The position numbers were made by a program, and so were the translations under genes. A stretch of 59,883 bases of DNA, filler included, from Jimgerdemannia flammicorona (lineage: Eukaryota), in assembly GCA_003990765.1 (NCBI GenBank). It is 3 parts of 3 records of this genome, joined end to end, with 100 filler letters (N's around TTAATTAATTAA, not from the genome) between each part and the next. Parts side by side here need not be neighbours in the genome. Positions count along the whole stretch, not along the records: positions 1 to 19,910 come from RBNJ01001810.1; 2 more parts are not named here. One strand, 5' to 3'. This document shows, piece after piece, positions 1-13,639 of this stretch; position 1 is the first letter of the stretch, and each line of letters opens with the position of its first letter. The notes beneath the pieces are model-generated. The model made no database searches. It worked only from the letters and a program-made list of their open reading frames with translations, and was not told where the DNA came from.

Positions 1-142
1 GGGTGTATTTATGTTTGGGATTGGGTATGTTGATAAGGCGGTTGTGAGTGAGGGTGGGTTAGGACGTTGAGTGGACTCGAGGCTGTGTGCGAGAAAGGGC
101 ACGCTAATATTATTATACGCTAACAGCATCACTTTATCTCAG

Positions 143-845
143 GAACCTTCGCCGCCTTCAGCACATACTTCAAGGAGCACGACCCGTTGATCCGATCTTG
201 TACCGATACATAACCGTATGTATTCAATAACTTTTCCTGATATTTTTGTTGATCAAGATTCCATATCGAAGGCTATTATTAATCGAGGGCTATTTTATTT
301 TATTTTATTTTTTCAAGGCGGCGAGCTCAAGCCTTGCAGGAAATTGGCTTCGACCACCTCACCGCCAACTTCAAACTCTCCAAGGAGAAAGGTGCCCTTG
401 TCTCATCCGAAGATGTATGTACCTGTTCGCTTTGCATTTTCATTTCTGGTATCCAACCTTTATGTACCTGCCCGCTTTTTATTTCCATTCTCATTCCTGG
501 TATCCAACCTTCGTCCCTCATATATCTCATATTCCAAATTTATCAAACACAAAGACCATACGAATGTCCCATCACCCCCCCAAACCGAGGGTCTCTTCGT
601 CATCTCCTCAGCGGCGCGGAACTAGGTTTGTCCCGTCTATGCGCGGCGACTTCAACGCGCCGGGTAACACCCAATGGCCATTGTGACGGTGCTGAACGAC
701 GGTAGAGACCAGTATATGTGCGAGGAGTACAACGAGACGAGGTGTTGTTGAGGGGGACAGATTCGGCGAAGATGTGAGAGGAGCGTGGATTACGGGGAGG
801 TTGTGATTTCCGGAGTTTTGTATCATTGTTGCGATCATGAATAAA
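143..845 (+). pseudogene. Unidentified spliced gene remnant (2-3 exons)
   Basis: GCTAAC branch site and CAG acceptor before 143, GTATGT donors at about 216 and 415, polypyrimidine/AAG acceptor at about 317. The putative exons contain in-frame stops and I do not recognise the product. Confidence 0.3.
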
Positions 846-2459
846 TTAAGAAAACGGGGTTGCTCTTGATATCATTGGGAACATCGACTTGTTGGTAGAA
901 GGAATGGCGGAAGCATGACAGCTAGATAAAGTGTACACATGATCTTGTTTGGCGTCGCCAGGGCAAGAAATTTTAATCGAAACTGATCATAGTGAAAAAA
1001 AAAAAATACGGCCGCCTGAGATTGCAATGTGCACTCTCTCGATGTCCGTTTAGGTTCGCCACGCCGATCCCCAAACTACATTCTCCCCGCTGACTTGGGA
1101 TTCTGCTTTGCAGTTTCTCTCGCTGCGTTTGTAACTGAGTGGTGGATGTGTTTTATTTTTCGCGGCCTTCACGGGCGGTTCACCCAACTTATCTTACATG
1201 GAAAATACCTTCACCACAATTCCGTTCCGCATTTGGCAGTTATATTTCGCTGGGGCTTCAGTTACAGCTTTATTGCTTAATCCTTTTTTTTTTTTTTTTG
1301 ATTAATTTCGAAATTCGCGTTGACCTGAAAGCCTTTCTGCCTCCTCCACTCTTCTCGAGCGCCCTTATGTCAAGTCCACCCCTCGTTTCTATCCTGGGAA
1401 ACAAGGACTGTCGCAGATCCCTTCCCCCCGTTTCTTGTTCGAAGTAATCCCATGACACACCACCATAACCAAACTCGCAAGCCGAGCTGCCGAACCTTGC
1501 ACCAGGCCCACGGAAAGTGGCGTGAAGCCTGGAGAGGGATGAAGTTTCCTTTTTTTTTTTTGGCAGATAGTATTGCGACCTGGTAGGCGTCGAAGTGGGC
1601 GAAGGCGAATTTGCCGTCTGTGAACAATCCTCCAATCATTATATTAAATTAGTTTCAATAAATATGTTGTTAATTTATAATAATAAAATAGAATCAAGAT
1701 ACATTTGTATGTGAGCTGAATTCGGAGACACATGCATGCATAGATAGTATTAGCATCTACACCCTTAGGCATCTAGGAACATGTGCATTGGAGTCATCGT
1801 GCATCCCGACTGACGCTCTAGGTGACATCTAGCATCCACGACATCAACAACTGAGATTGCATTTTCATCTGGGAATGCACCCCAGGTGTCCAAAACATTC
1901 GTGGCGGTGTGATAGATAACTGATGTCGGATGAATAAAGGTGGTTTAAAGAGGTATTAACATATTATCAAAAAAAAAAAAAAAAATAAAAAAAGTACATT
2001 GTGAATAGAAAAAACCAAAACAGAATCCTATAACAGAGCTTACATCATCAACGCTCGAAACACGTTTCCAGGTACAATGTCATTTAGGGAAGAGGATGAC
2101 ATAGATTAGGACAGAAGTTTCCGGAAGAAGTGGACACCGTCATTGAGGAGGAAAACAAAATAATAACAGTGTCTCGCACGAAGTGAAACGCCGCCATCTA
2201 CCCTAACCACGCACATCACGAAACATATACAAACCTTAAACTCGCGACCTGCTACACAAGTTGATGAAACCAACCTCGTCCTCCCAGTGCGTGATGACAG
2301 TGTTGTCGGTGGCAGGGATGTTGAGCGTCTCCATCATGCCAATGATGATGCCGTTATGGTAGTCGACCTCATGATTGAATGGTTTAAGTGGTTGCATCAG
2401 CAGGGCGAGAGGGAATGTGGAAGGAAACAGTCTTCAAATCGGTGTACGTAGTTAAATAC

Positions 2460-2836
2460 TTGCCCATTTCAAGGGGTTCATGCGCAACGACCTTCATCCT
2501 AGGAATGTTGTGTTCTTCTGTAACACTCCAAAATTGATCGACATTTGGGCGACCACATCTATCGAAGAAATGTACCTCTCGAATGATGTTTATAGTCGGA
2601 GGAACTACCTACCACATGAAATTTTTTCGTGTGGGTCGCGGAACCGCACGCCTACCTCGGATGTTTATTGCTTTGCCACATTGCTTTGGCCGATGACCAC
2701 GGACGTATCACCAAGAAAGGACGCTGCGTGGGCGGTCAAGAATAATCCAGATGGGCTCCGAGAGGAGTTGATCCCAGGGGCACTGAAGCCTTTAACGAAC
2801 TTCATAGGGATTACAGGAACCCGAGACCTGAAATGA
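2460..2836 (+). pseudogene. Protein kinase (TKL-like) C-lobe fragment
   Basis: NDLHPRNVV resembles the HxDLHxxN catalytic loop; also YLPHEI (APE-like) and SDVYCFATLLW (subdomain IX). No intact DFG or N-lobe. Confidence 0.65.
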
Positions 2837-2859
2837 GGCCAAATATGACACAAGTAAAC

Positions 2860-3440
2860 ATGCAGTTGTTATCGCAATTATCGTAGTTGTTGCGGTTACA
2901 ATTGTCATTGTCATTCTCGTTGGAGACGCTGTGATTGGATTTGTTATTATCGCTGTTTTCATTGTCATTGTTGTCGTTGTCATTGTCATGGCGGTTGAGG
3001 TTGTCATTATCATCGCCATTGCCGTCGTTTTCCGCGTGGTCCTTACTTTTTGTTGTTCCTATCATTTGGATTGTCGGTTTTATCGTCGTGGATGTTATTG
3101 TTTCCATTGCTGGTTTGGTCGCTGGAGTCAGTGGAGTTGTTCCAGTTTCTTTTGCACCTGTAATTGTGGTCAGTACAGTTATGGGCATTGCGGACATTGC
3201 AGTCGTTGCTGTGTTTGTTATGGTCATTTGTTTGTTGTCACTATTATTGTTCTTGTTGCTCCTTTTGCTATTACTCCGTGCCAAATATTTCTGTTGTCGT
3301 AATGTCGTAGTTCACTTAGTGGTCATTGTTGTTGCAGCTGGGTTCACTGTTGTCACCTCTGTGCTTGTGGTTGTCATCGCTGTGGTTGTGATTGTCACAG
3401 TGCCTATGTGGTGTTATTCGACCAGCATGACCGTAATGCT
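2860..3440. repeat. Degenerate trinucleotide low-complexity tract (GTT/GTC/ATT)
   Basis: Runs of gttgtc/attgtc give overlapping Val-rich (+) and Thr/Asn-rich (-) ORFs in several frames. Confidence 0.6.
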
Positions 3441-5922
3441 ATGAAACACCGATTCACACCCGACACGTTATGGATTATTGCCAATCGATCAACAAGAAAC
3501 CGCCCTTAGTTCCGCGAACAGCACCTATATATTTATGTCTTCGGGTAGGAGACAGCATTACCTATTGAGTGACCTCCGCCAGATGGCTGATAAGTAGCTC
3601 AATAATGAATAAGATTCGTGCTGTCTACATTGTATATAGTTGTTTTGAAACGAATCGGCTTGTTTGTGTCACGTCTTGTTATTTCAGAGAACCAGGGGCG
3701 AAGCGGCCGATGACGGCAGTGTGATAGAATAGTATAGTAACTTTATATTATTTACCTTTGTTATGTATGGTATAGTCAGTTTCAAAATAAATATTTAGAA
3801 ACAACCCGATGTATGGAAGCGCGAATATTGTCTTTGCATTGGATGGCTCGACTTCGATAATGTTTGTCTTCAAAAACTCAGACAATGCAGCGCAAATAGG
3901 GGAATGTGCGACTCCGATTGAACGCACATGCATGCACAAATTTGCAATCCAAGTGAGTTAACAGGTCGATGAAAGCAGGAAAGTCGAGGGCGCCGTGTAT
4001 AAGGCGCTTAACGCCAATGTTTCGCTCAGGCGTAAATCATGTTTCATTCAAGGCAGAGAACGGATATGAATCACGTTTGAAGGGCGGGCGTAAACTCCGT
4101 TTTTGCCTCAAGGGCACTATGCCCGTCATAATTTCTTTGCAGTCTCTATCATTCTAATGTGCTGAAATTGTATTTTACACATCTATGCTAATCACGTCCT
4201 CATCTTAAATCCTTGTAACGTACATTGGGTACCGTCGAGTATTGGTGCCCTATTTGTGTACACCAGGTATGCCATGTATGTGGTGCGGGTTTACGATGCT
4301 TCCCGTCAATTCGCACTCGTTTTCAATACCACCCCCTCCTTACACATGTATATACACCAAAAGGCCAGTTTTGTCATATATTTCTCCCAAATATATTTGA
4401 TTTTGGAATTCTGTTTGTACCCTCTATGACGGTTTTGGTTTTTGAGAGTAACGCAGTTGGCATTTCGGCCAAGCATTGATGACCGTAATACCGCAGAGTG
4501 CGAATATCGTAATAAGTTACATGAGCAGAATTCCCATGTTATATGCTGTTATTAAAATTGATAGACGGAAATACAAAGGCATAAAATGGTTAGTGGCGAG
4601 GCTATACATATAACACACCGATAAAATAGTTTTTTGAACGATGCTATTATGCTGCACATCGTTTTTTTTTTTCTATTATCTAGCTGTTATCCTACTAAGA
4701 ACATTCTTAAGCCACAACGTTGTGCCCGTTCACGACAGGAATTTGATGTATTATGGAAGAGTGTAAACACTTTTCTGTCTATCATATTGGACAAAATTAA
4801 CGATGACAGATCCTTGAGGGAAAAATAAAAAATAAAAATACTATGTGGAAATGCTCCTTAGATCTAGAGAACCAATTCAGTTGTCCTGTAAAACATTGTC
4901 GATCTGGCCATGCAGCTGGTACACCAGAGTGAAGGGCTCGGGAACGAGAATATTCAAAAAAAAATTCCCACGCTGCGTGGAGTTGTTTGTTTGCCTTCTG
5001 GAAACGGATATTTTGTGTGACAAATTAGGTAATATCGCTCCCAATAGTTTATTATGTGTTAATGTGACAATTGCTAGTATTACAGCATGTTAACGCTGTT
5101 TGGTATCTTTAACAATGCCCAAGGAATTTCGACTATTTTAAGTCGTTGGCCACCGAATGGTATTCCAGAAATCTTAGCGCTCGACATTGTCATCTGAAAT
5201 CGAATCAGTGAATCTACTTGTAATAGCAGGAAGTTAGCATACAATGAAATACAAAATTCTATGGACGGTTACTTTTGTCTATATTTAAGTTTGTAGGCTA
5301 TGTATCCAATGAAGATATTTTATGCATATGCATCGTCTTGGGACCCGTGGTGAAATTGTGCACGCATATACGCCATATACAGTAAGGTCCTTACCTATTC
5401 GGCCCTGTCAGTCTGGTAGCACCGACATCGAAATTTTGTGCCCCTTATGCCGGTTTCTCGGATTCTCCATTTTCCTGGGGGTTATCCTGGTTCTCGGATT
5501 CACCACTCTGTGTCGCCATCCTGAGTTCTCCGATTCCCCCGTTCGCCGACATCCTGATTTCTTGAATTCACCGTTCTGTGTCATCATTTTTTTTTTTTAT
5601 AGTGTTCTGTATCATCATTGAAAGAAGCTTTGACTGCAAGCCCTTCTACCTCAGTTGCCTCATAATCAATCGGTAGAGTATCAGAAGCCATCCGGTTTGT
5701 GACAAAGGGGCAGACAAAATTACGCCAAAATTGGATGATTTCCCGGGGTCCCGTGAGACAATTTGTTCTCAGATTCGCTTCCTGTACCCAACCTAATTGA
5801 TAAATGGCTGAATTTATCACAACAATGAGTCATTTGATATTTCTTACTTTACGCTGCGGCCAACATTACTTGACCCCCCTTTTGGTGGCGATAACAAATC
5901 CTTCACTTTCCAAGCAGTTATG

Positions 5923-5958
<36 letters not shown>

Positions 5959-6238
5959 GCGAGACTGGCCCCAGAACTATTCTGACACGCGGCATGTAAA
6001 CTTGGGTGACAGTATTCCTGCTATTGCCATTGTCGAGCCTATGGAGTTTGTTCTATTCTGGATCAGTTTGTCTCACCTGTTTCTTCAAGCTGGTTTAGAC
6101 TCGTTTTTACGTTTCATGTCTTGTGACATCAATTGACTTGTGATCGACCATGTATGCACATAGCCACGCCAGGTCATGTAAATCTTTTATATATATAGTT
6201 ACGCCAAGCGCGATACAAGATCCTTGTTAAGCCCCATC

Positions 6239-8494
6239 ATGAACTTCTATGACTATTTGTCTATGTTTATGAGCGAGAATCCGCATCCCACAAGGAGCGA
6301 AATACTTCAACGTCATGATGCCAATAGAGAATCACTGAGCTCGGATGGCTACCACATCACCAACACCCATGGAGAAGGCAGCGGTTACACTTCCGACGCC
6401 TCACTTTGGTCACTCAAAAGAATCACCCTCTCGCAGTTGACCATTGGCAAAGTGCACCGCGGACATGTTCTTGTCTGCCGCACAATCAACAAGCCGATTA
6501 AAATCGTCTCCATCATGATGGCGGTTGAGGATCCAATCATTATCAGCAACGAAGGGGATACGCCTCCGGAGGTCGAGACAGGCCGCGTGGCTCTCTACAA
6601 TTTCGTCAATACTTCCGGGCCCCAATCCGACATGAGCAATTTGATACCAGTAGGGACGGTGCTGCTCATCAAAGAACCCTACTACAAAATGGCTCACGAC
6701 GGCATGCCAATGGTGAGGTGCGACAACCCGACCGAAGTCATCATGGTGCCGAATAACGGGGAGGATTATCCCATATTGGCGGGGTTGCGGTGGGCTGACA
6801 CGCTCGGGGTCAGTTCCCTGCCGGCCGTCAAACGCAGATCTGGACACAGTATCGAATCCGCCAGTGACCTGCAATGCCGAGGCAACGAGAATTCTACTCG
6901 CAAGGATTACGCCGCGGCGATTGATTGCTACACGAAGGCTTTGGGAATGGAGCCAAAAAACGTTTCCCTGCTCTTAAGCCGCGCTCGGACCCACCTTGCT
7001 TTGCAGCAGTTCCAGCAAGCGTTGAAGGATACCAAAGCTGCGGCGAAAGTCGACGGCGACAACCCCGAGAAACAATTACTTCGTGCCGAGGCGCTACTTG
7101 GATTGAGGAGAAACGCCGAGTCTTCAGCCATTCTGGAGGAACTGGCTCAATCTGACGCCGGAAACGCCAAGGTCGGAGATCTTCTCTGTAAAATTCAGAA
7201 GCAAGCCGGGGAGTACGAGTTCGGCCAGTATGACATATTGTCCATCTTCCAAGAGGCCCAGTCGGCGCGCCTGCCCTATTTGAATCACGCCGATTACGTT
7301 GGCCCCGTGACGGTCGTTCAGATACCTGGGAAAGGTCGCAGGATGGTGGCTACAGGAGACATTGAAGAAGGAGCACTACTACTATGCTCCAAGGCCTACG
7401 CTGTCGTTTTTGGCGGTGAGCTGCGTCATGAAGGCTCATCTTCTACCTCGGCGCAATCTCAACTCGTCGCGAAAATCGCGCACAAGCTACGGCGAGAACC
7501 GAAGACGACGGCCGATCTGTACGAACTACACGCCGGTCAGACCATGACGCCGGCATTCATCGAACGTTGCGACATTGGTGACAATCCAAAAGTTGATATC
7601 GATCGCATCACTAACATCGTACGCGTTAATGCTTTTGTCCCTGACGTGGATCATCTCCCTCGTACCACCGCCGACGGCCCATCCAGTTCTGGTGATCAAA
7701 CCCGATCAAGCGATCCCGGCAAGGGGCTCTGGCTCCAACCGTCCTTTCTGCAGCACGCCTGCTTTGCCAACGCACTTCATTTCACCATCGGCGATCTCCT
7801 CTTCGTCCGCGCGATGCGCCAAATAACAAAAGACGAAGAGGTCTGTGTCCCATTCACGTCAATTCTCGAGCCATACCACAAGCGCCGCCGTTCTCTACAA
7901 GACCGCGGGCTTGGCGAGTGCGTGTGTCAGCTTTGCTCCTCGGAGCGTGCGCAACCGCAATCCACGCGGGACCGTCGCGTGCAGCTGCTACACGAGTTTG
8001 ACAAGATGCGCGAGGTGGTTGCGACCGGCGGGCCTGATTCCCTGGCGCGGCTGAAAGACCTTGTCACAAATCTTCGCATGACATACCCGCGGGCGTCTGG
8101 GGGCAAGACCGCTCGCTCGCGCAAGGGAGGGTCTGCAGGCGCCAAGACCGGCGCAAAAACCTTACTGCCGCCGAAGCAACTTCAAATCTCTTTGATCGGG
8201 CCTCTTTCTGTCATGGTTGATCTGCTCTCGCGTAGCGGTCAGAATGAAGAGGCGCTCAAAGTGTTGCTCGAGATAGCAGAGATCGAACCTCGGTCCGGAG
8301 AAATAGCACATAAACGTGTGGACACGGCCATGAGAATTGCGAGGTTATATAATTCTTTAGGGAGAGTTGACGAGAGGAAGCAATGGGTGGACGTTGCAAA
8401 AAAAGAATGCGAGGTCATATATGGTGCCGATAACGGTGAGGGAATTTGGAAGGAGATGTACAAGAAGGATAAGGCGAATTTTGAAATGGTATAA
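6239..8494 (+). CDS. TPR + SET domain protein (SMYD-like putative lysine methyltransferase), paralogue 1
   Basis: Intronless ORF of about 750 aa. TPRs (RGNE..RKDYAAAIDCYTKAL), SET motifs GKGRRMVAT..IEEG, GLW..PSFLQHAC, DEEVCVPF and post-SET CVCQLC. ATG 6239 (MNFYDY) chosen because it matches the paralogue start; TATATATA lies about 45 bp upstream. Confidence 0.9.
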   Translation: MNFYDYLSMFMSENPHPTRSEILQRHDANRESLSSDGYHITNTHGEGSGYTSDASLWSLKRITLSQLTIGKVHRGHVLVCRTINKPIKIVSIMMAVEDPIIISNEGDTPPEVETGRVALYNFVNTSGPQSDMSNLIPVGTVLLIKEPYYKMAHDGMPMVRCDNPTEVIMVPNNGEDYPILAGLRWADTLGVSSLPAVKRRSGHSIESASDLQCRGNENSTRKDYAAAIDCYTKALGMEPKNVSLLLSRARTHLALQQFQQALKDTKAAAKVDGDNPEKQLLRAEALLGLRRNAESSAILEELAQSDAGNAKVGDLLCKIQKQAGEYEFGQYDILSIFQEAQSARLPYLNHADYVGPVTVVQIPGKGRRMVATGDIEEGALLLCSKAYAVVFGGELRHEGSSSTSAQSQLVAKIAHKLRREPKTTADLYELHAGQTMTPAFIERCDIGDNPKVDIDRITNIVRVNAFVPDVDHLPRTTADGPSSSGDQTRSSDPGKGLWLQPSFLQHACFANALHFTIGDLLFVRAMRQITKDEEVCVPFTSILEPYHKRRRSLQDRGLGECVCQLCSSERAQPQSTRDRRVQLLHEFDKMREVVATGGPDSLARLKDLVTNLRMTYPRASGGKTARSRKGGSAGAKTGAKTLLPPKQLQISLIGPLSVMVDLLSRSGQNEEALKVLLEIAEIEPRSGEIAHKRVDTAMRIARLYNSLGRVDERKQWVDVAKKECEVIYGADNGEGIWKEMYKKDKANFEMV

Positions 8495-8799
8495 AAGTCC
8501 GTTTTGTTCTCATTTCTAGGAATCTCTCTAATAAAATTTCGCCTGAATGGACGAGAGCTCGAAGAGTAGGCTCAATAACTAAATAGTTCTTTTAAAATAC
8601 GTTGGGGTTTATAATTATTATCATTTTGGGTGTTGGTATCTTTTAGCTCCGGATTTAACTAGGAAAAATAAGGCTTTGAATCTTTCAAAATTTAATTTTA
8701 TATTTGTATACAGCTGATCACTGCCAATCAGAAATTTCCACAATCACAAATTACAACATTACCTGTTACTCTCCCATATCTGAGGATCGAACACTTGAC

Positions 8800-8960
8800 G
8801 GGAAGGGCCATATGAATAGCCATAGCCTTTGTAAAAAGCGGCCGGCGATATCGCACCTTTTGCGTCGTAACCGTCGATTGTTATTGGAAACCCAAAAATG
8901 ACCAAGGACATCAAAGACTTTGTGGCCTCATGCGAGATGTGCCAAAGGTTCAAAAGTGGC
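8800..8960 (+). mobile_element. Gypsy integrase zinc-binding (H2C2) fragment
   Basis: MTKDIKDFVASCEMCQRFK matches the second half of the integrase HHCC motif. Confidence 0.6.
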
Positions 8961-10339
8961 TTTGATTTATTTGTTATGAGGATGGTGGTTCGCTCAACGA
9001 CAACCTCGGTTTCGACAATCCTGCGGCCAACCTACAGGCCAAATAATATAGTAGAATCTCATTCTACTGTTACCAATGGGATCTCTGTTATCCCTGACCC
9101 CGGGGCGCCACACCACTTACGATTTTTGCGCTTAAGGCATGAATCCCTGGTTGCTCAGGAATACGAGAACGATTCGTGGCCCCGTCTATCTGACAGAGCT
9201 ATAGCCAAATTCTTGGAGGTCATCCTATTGGATACAAGCGAAACATTATGACGAGGGAGACGGTGGCTGAAAGCAAGAACCTGCCAACCTGGGACTATTG
9301 CGACCATTGGGCGTTGTTAGACGTTAGATGGTTATTGCGCGCTATTAGATTGTGATTACGGATTGTTAGATGGCCCTATTGATATATCCGCCCGGATACA
9401 GTGAGGATCGAAGTTAACTTGCCATTTATTGCATTTTGGTCTGCAGGAAGCCAGGTCCACGGATGTGCGTACTCTGCTTGCATGCGCAACTGTTGAAAGC
9501 CAAAAGATTACAGTAACGTTGAGGGCTTTTGGTACAGATAGTTCTCTCGCCTGTGCAAATAAATAAATAAGGAAATAGCGACAGTGTAAGAGGAGAACTC
9601 ATGCAAGGGAGCATAGTGTTGGATCTATATGGTTGAAGTTTTGCATGCCTTTGCAGCATGCGGCATTGTGGTCACTATCGGCCCTTGGAATTGAACTAGA
9701 TAAGTGTTCAGTTCTATGGCGGCATTATAATCGAGGGAGTGCACACAGCGAGCTTCATTTCGATGGTGAAGTTTATGGATGTTTACTGATATTGCGCATG
9801 TGTGCCACATATTTCATCCACGCCTCTCCTCGTGAATTTCATGCATGTGAAATACTGGAATGTATGCATATATACAGTTCGCAAGTATATAGGAGAGGTG
9901 GGCGAGAATAATAACAGTAATAACAAAGAACGAATTATATCACATTTATGTACCATTCTCTCAGTGATCATATAGAGACGATTGGAAGTGAACCGGATTA
10001 GAATTTTTTTTTATTTATTTATTTTTATTTTTATTTTTATTTTTTTTTGGGGGGGGGGGTGGCGGTATTGTCGGTTTCAGGTTAGTTTTGAAATGATATA
10101 TACCAAGGGTTTGCCTTTCATATCGTTGTGTTAGGAATTTTTTTTTTTTTGGTCAGTTGCTTGGATGCGGATCCAATAGTTCATCGGGAATGTTCATGAT
10201 CACAGAAGCCACCATATTCCGCTATCCATCCGTACCAGAGTACAATACCACCCACTATGCATATTATCAAGTCGCCGCATTCTACATATGACATTATTAT
10301 TGAAATACCCATATCCCTGTGGCAGTCTGGTGTATATCT

Positions 10340-10690
10340 AGAAGTTCTGAAAGAGTTCCACTTTACAATGCTGCGGAGAAGGGACACGTCAAGTTTGTAA
10401 GGATCCTCGTGTCCGATTTCGAGGTGGACGCCAACGGTAAGAACAACTATGCTCCACATCCCTGCGCAGAAGGGGCACGTCGAAGTTGTGAGGATGCTTG
10501 TGGCCGACTTGGGGCTGATGCTGATGTCGGGGACAGATGGATTGGCACCGCTTGGCATCTCTACAATCAAAAGACACTTCGAGGTTTTAAGGATGCTCCA
10601 GGCCGGACACCAACGCCTTGGTCAACGATGAATTAATGCTGCTTCACATCACTGCGAAGGACGGGAATGTCGAAGTTATGAGGATGGACT
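10340..10690 (+). pseudogene. Ankyrin-repeat protein fragment, frameshifted
   Basis: PLYNAAEKGHVKFVRILV, LHIPAQKGHVEVVRMLV and LHITAKDGNVEVMRM lie in different frames. Confidence 0.8.
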
Positions 10691-11286
10691 ATTCAAATAT
10701 CTCTGCAGTGGCGGTAAACGAATGACGCTACGGGGAAGGGAATGTTACCGGACGTGTACAAATATTTAAACGATCCGGCTATTCTTTCGCTATCGGGGAG
10801 CAGCGTTTAAAGTGGAAGATAAATTCTTTTTAAGACTTTGTCATGAAAGTTTAAATGATGATAATAATGGAATGTTGTATTGGGGTTGAGAATATTCCTC
10901 ACCTTTTTTGTTTTCGTCGTCTCTTCTTTGTTTTGTGGAGTCCCAAGAAAGTCGAGGATCGAAAACTACGCCAAGATCCTTACACCGCGCTCGCAGTTGG
11001 TAACTACGTCACGGTGGAATTTGGTAGCTGAAATCGAGGAGACCCATGCCGTGCGTAAATCTCAATAATCGGTACGGACGAAAGCCTTAGAATTGATGAT
11101 GTGGTTAGTGTTTGTACCACGAGATCGATCCTCATTGAGCCAACTGGAGTTGCGATCAGCCGAACAACGATAGCGTGAAATTGTGGCTATATATGGAGGT
11201 GTTACGATTTTTTTTTTTTTTTTTTTTTTTTGGGAGGGGGTGCGACGTAGTTAAATGCATACCCGTCCATGTGGATATGGGAACTT

Positions 11287-11397
11287 GACCTCGGCGAAGG
11301 GGATTTCAATGAAGGGGACCTGACCTCGGTGAAGGGGATATCAACAAATGAGATCTAGTCTCAGCGAAGTGGATAAGGGAACCTCGGCGAAGGGGGA
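11287..11397. repeat. Short degenerate minisatellite (GACCTCGGCGAAGGGGA core, about 4 copies)
   Basis: The core recurs at about 11288, 11322, 11358 and 11380. Confidence 0.6.
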
Positions 11398-11896
11398 GGG
11401 GATCTTATAAGAAAACAATATAAAATATATTCTATGTCGCTGGATAAACAAAGGGGAGTATCACGAGGTCTGTTTGACGTGAGATCAATGGGAGCGATCT
11501 AATTCCCCTACGCCTACGCCGAGACCACATGGCTGGGCGTGTGACTCCAGCGATGTCCCCCCTGTCATTGCGAGCCCCTTATGCCGGTTTGTCGGATTCG
11601 CCCTTGTGTCGTCGTCCTGGTTCTGTGATTCACCATTCTCTGCCGTCATCCTGGGCCCACCGTCTCGGATGTGCGAATTCACGAAAGTGCCTGCGGCACA
11701 CTTGAAAGTAAACTCGTGTGATCGTATTCATGCTATTGCCAGTATCTCCACCTCCTTTTTAGGTTCCTTTCCCGCTCGTGACATATGTATATATCGCGGA
11801 TTGCGATCCCTGCATTTGGCTACGCCGGATCATGTAAATTAGTTATAAATAATCACGCCAATAACAGTATATACAAGATCCTTTGTTAAAACTATC

Positions 11897-12262
11897 ATGA
11901 ATATCAATGACTATTTCTCTGCGTTTACAAACGAGAATTTGTCAGGGAGTGAATTACTTCAACACCATGATAGAGGTGTTGCCAATGTACATTCAATAAT
12001 GACTAAGACATACTTCGGCGTTAACAGCAGCGATATAGGCCGCAGCCCTCACTCATCCGGTGCCTCCTCAAGTGGGTAACCCTCTCACAGCTGACGCTGA
12101 GTAAGGTGCACCGTGGCCGTGTTCTCGTTTGTCGCACAATCAACAAGCCGTTTAAAATCGTCTCCGTCATGGTGGTGGTTGAGGATCCAATTGCTATCAG
12201 CAACGAAGGGGGCATGCCTAGACAGGCCGCGTGGCTCTCTACAATTTTGTCAATATTTCGGG
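11897..12262 (+). pseudogene. Truncated third copy of the TPR-SET gene
   Basis: MNINDYFSAF start and VHRGRVLVCRTINKPFKIVSVMVVVEDPI are near-identical to both paralogues. It is frameshifted and truncated, with the same promoter motif at about 11811. Confidence 0.9.
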
Positions 12263-12698
12263 GACTGGTTCTAGGCAATCAAAATGTGCCGGCCCGTATA
12301 CATCGTTAAAGTGTATCCGATGAACACATTTCTCCAAGAGCATAAATGGCACCTTCCGCGGCGACCTGCAAACTTCACACAGAATGACTATCAAAACCAA
12401 GGTGACCTGTAAAGCGGCTTTTTTTTTGGTTTGTTTGTCTGGAAGACGATTAATTCTCGCCATCCTTCGCCTATTTAGCCTCCCCACGACAATGGCGCAA
12501 ATGCATAAGCAATGTCTATGCGATTTTGCAAGTACGCCCATCGAGGATTCATAATACCTTTATTAATACCTTTATCTACACAAGCTCATCTGTCTTGGTA
12601 TTCTCTCATCTGCTCTCATTGCCTTGCGCTCCGATTCTCTTTCACCTGTGATCTTTCAGTGTTGTCTGCGAGGCCTTCTGGTTACTATCGGTACTTGC

Positions 12699-12734
<36 letters not shown>

Positions 12735-13639
12735 TGAACCTGGAACTTTCAGGCAGATCTTTCGGATCAAATATCACGCGTCATATCACATTTATGCCGC
12801 GCTTTTGTGTCGCTCGCGATCCGCCTTCCGATTCTTAAACCGCTCAATAGATGCTTTTTACATATACAAATTATTTTGTCATCATCGCTGCTGCGCTGTA
12901 CGCCAGGTCGAGGTTTTGAATTTGCTGTGACCGACGAGGTGGATGGTTGGACACCGCTTTACATTCTACGGGGAAAAGGAACATAAAAGTTGCAGACGAC
13001 GTATTAACAAAGTAAAAGGAGTTGGGATTATTCTACGTCAAATGATTCGGGAAATCGAAGTTAGGCTCAATATTGTTATTTTGCGACTGTAAATACTTGT
13101 AATAGCAGGAGGTTAGCATAGACGGTTAGACATAAATTTGTAGAACCCCATATCCTGGTTGGGTTCTCAGCCCGGATTCTCAGATTCACCTCAGCCAGGG
13201 TTCTCAGATTCACTCTTCTGCGTCGTTTTCCTGGGGTTTCTTATTAACTTATTCTATCCTAATCAATCGCAGATTTTCAGGGAGCCAAAAATTAGAAACC
13301 TGATTTTGTGACAAAGGGACACATAAACAGGTCACGCCCTACTCTATAATTGGATATGTTCCGGACCTCGTGAGTTTCTATGCTCTCAGTTTCGCTTTTT
13401 CTCCGTAACCCGATTAATAAATGACCGAATTTTCATCACAACATTCTGTCATTTGCGATTTTCCTCCTTTCGCTGGTGATAGCCCATCCCAGCCAGTATG
13501 TAGACCTATCGCGTTTTCTGGTGAATGTCAACTCGAAAAGTTCTTTATGAGGTTTGCTCTAGAAATACTCTGAAGATAGGATCATTTACATTACCGATGG
13601 AGTTTGTTCTATGTGATTTTTCTTGTCCTCGCGTTGAGC

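Noticed and set aside
1320..1639. Possible minus-strand spliced exons
   Set aside because: Splice-like borders exist, but there is no recognisable protein and no consistent frame.
2935..3444. 169-aa hydrophobic ORF as a membrane protein
   Set aside because: It arises from a degenerate trinucleotide tract that is open in several frames on both strands.
11287..11397. CRISPR-like repeats
   Set aside because: Repeats are degenerate, spacers are short and related, there are no cas genes and the context is eukaryotic.
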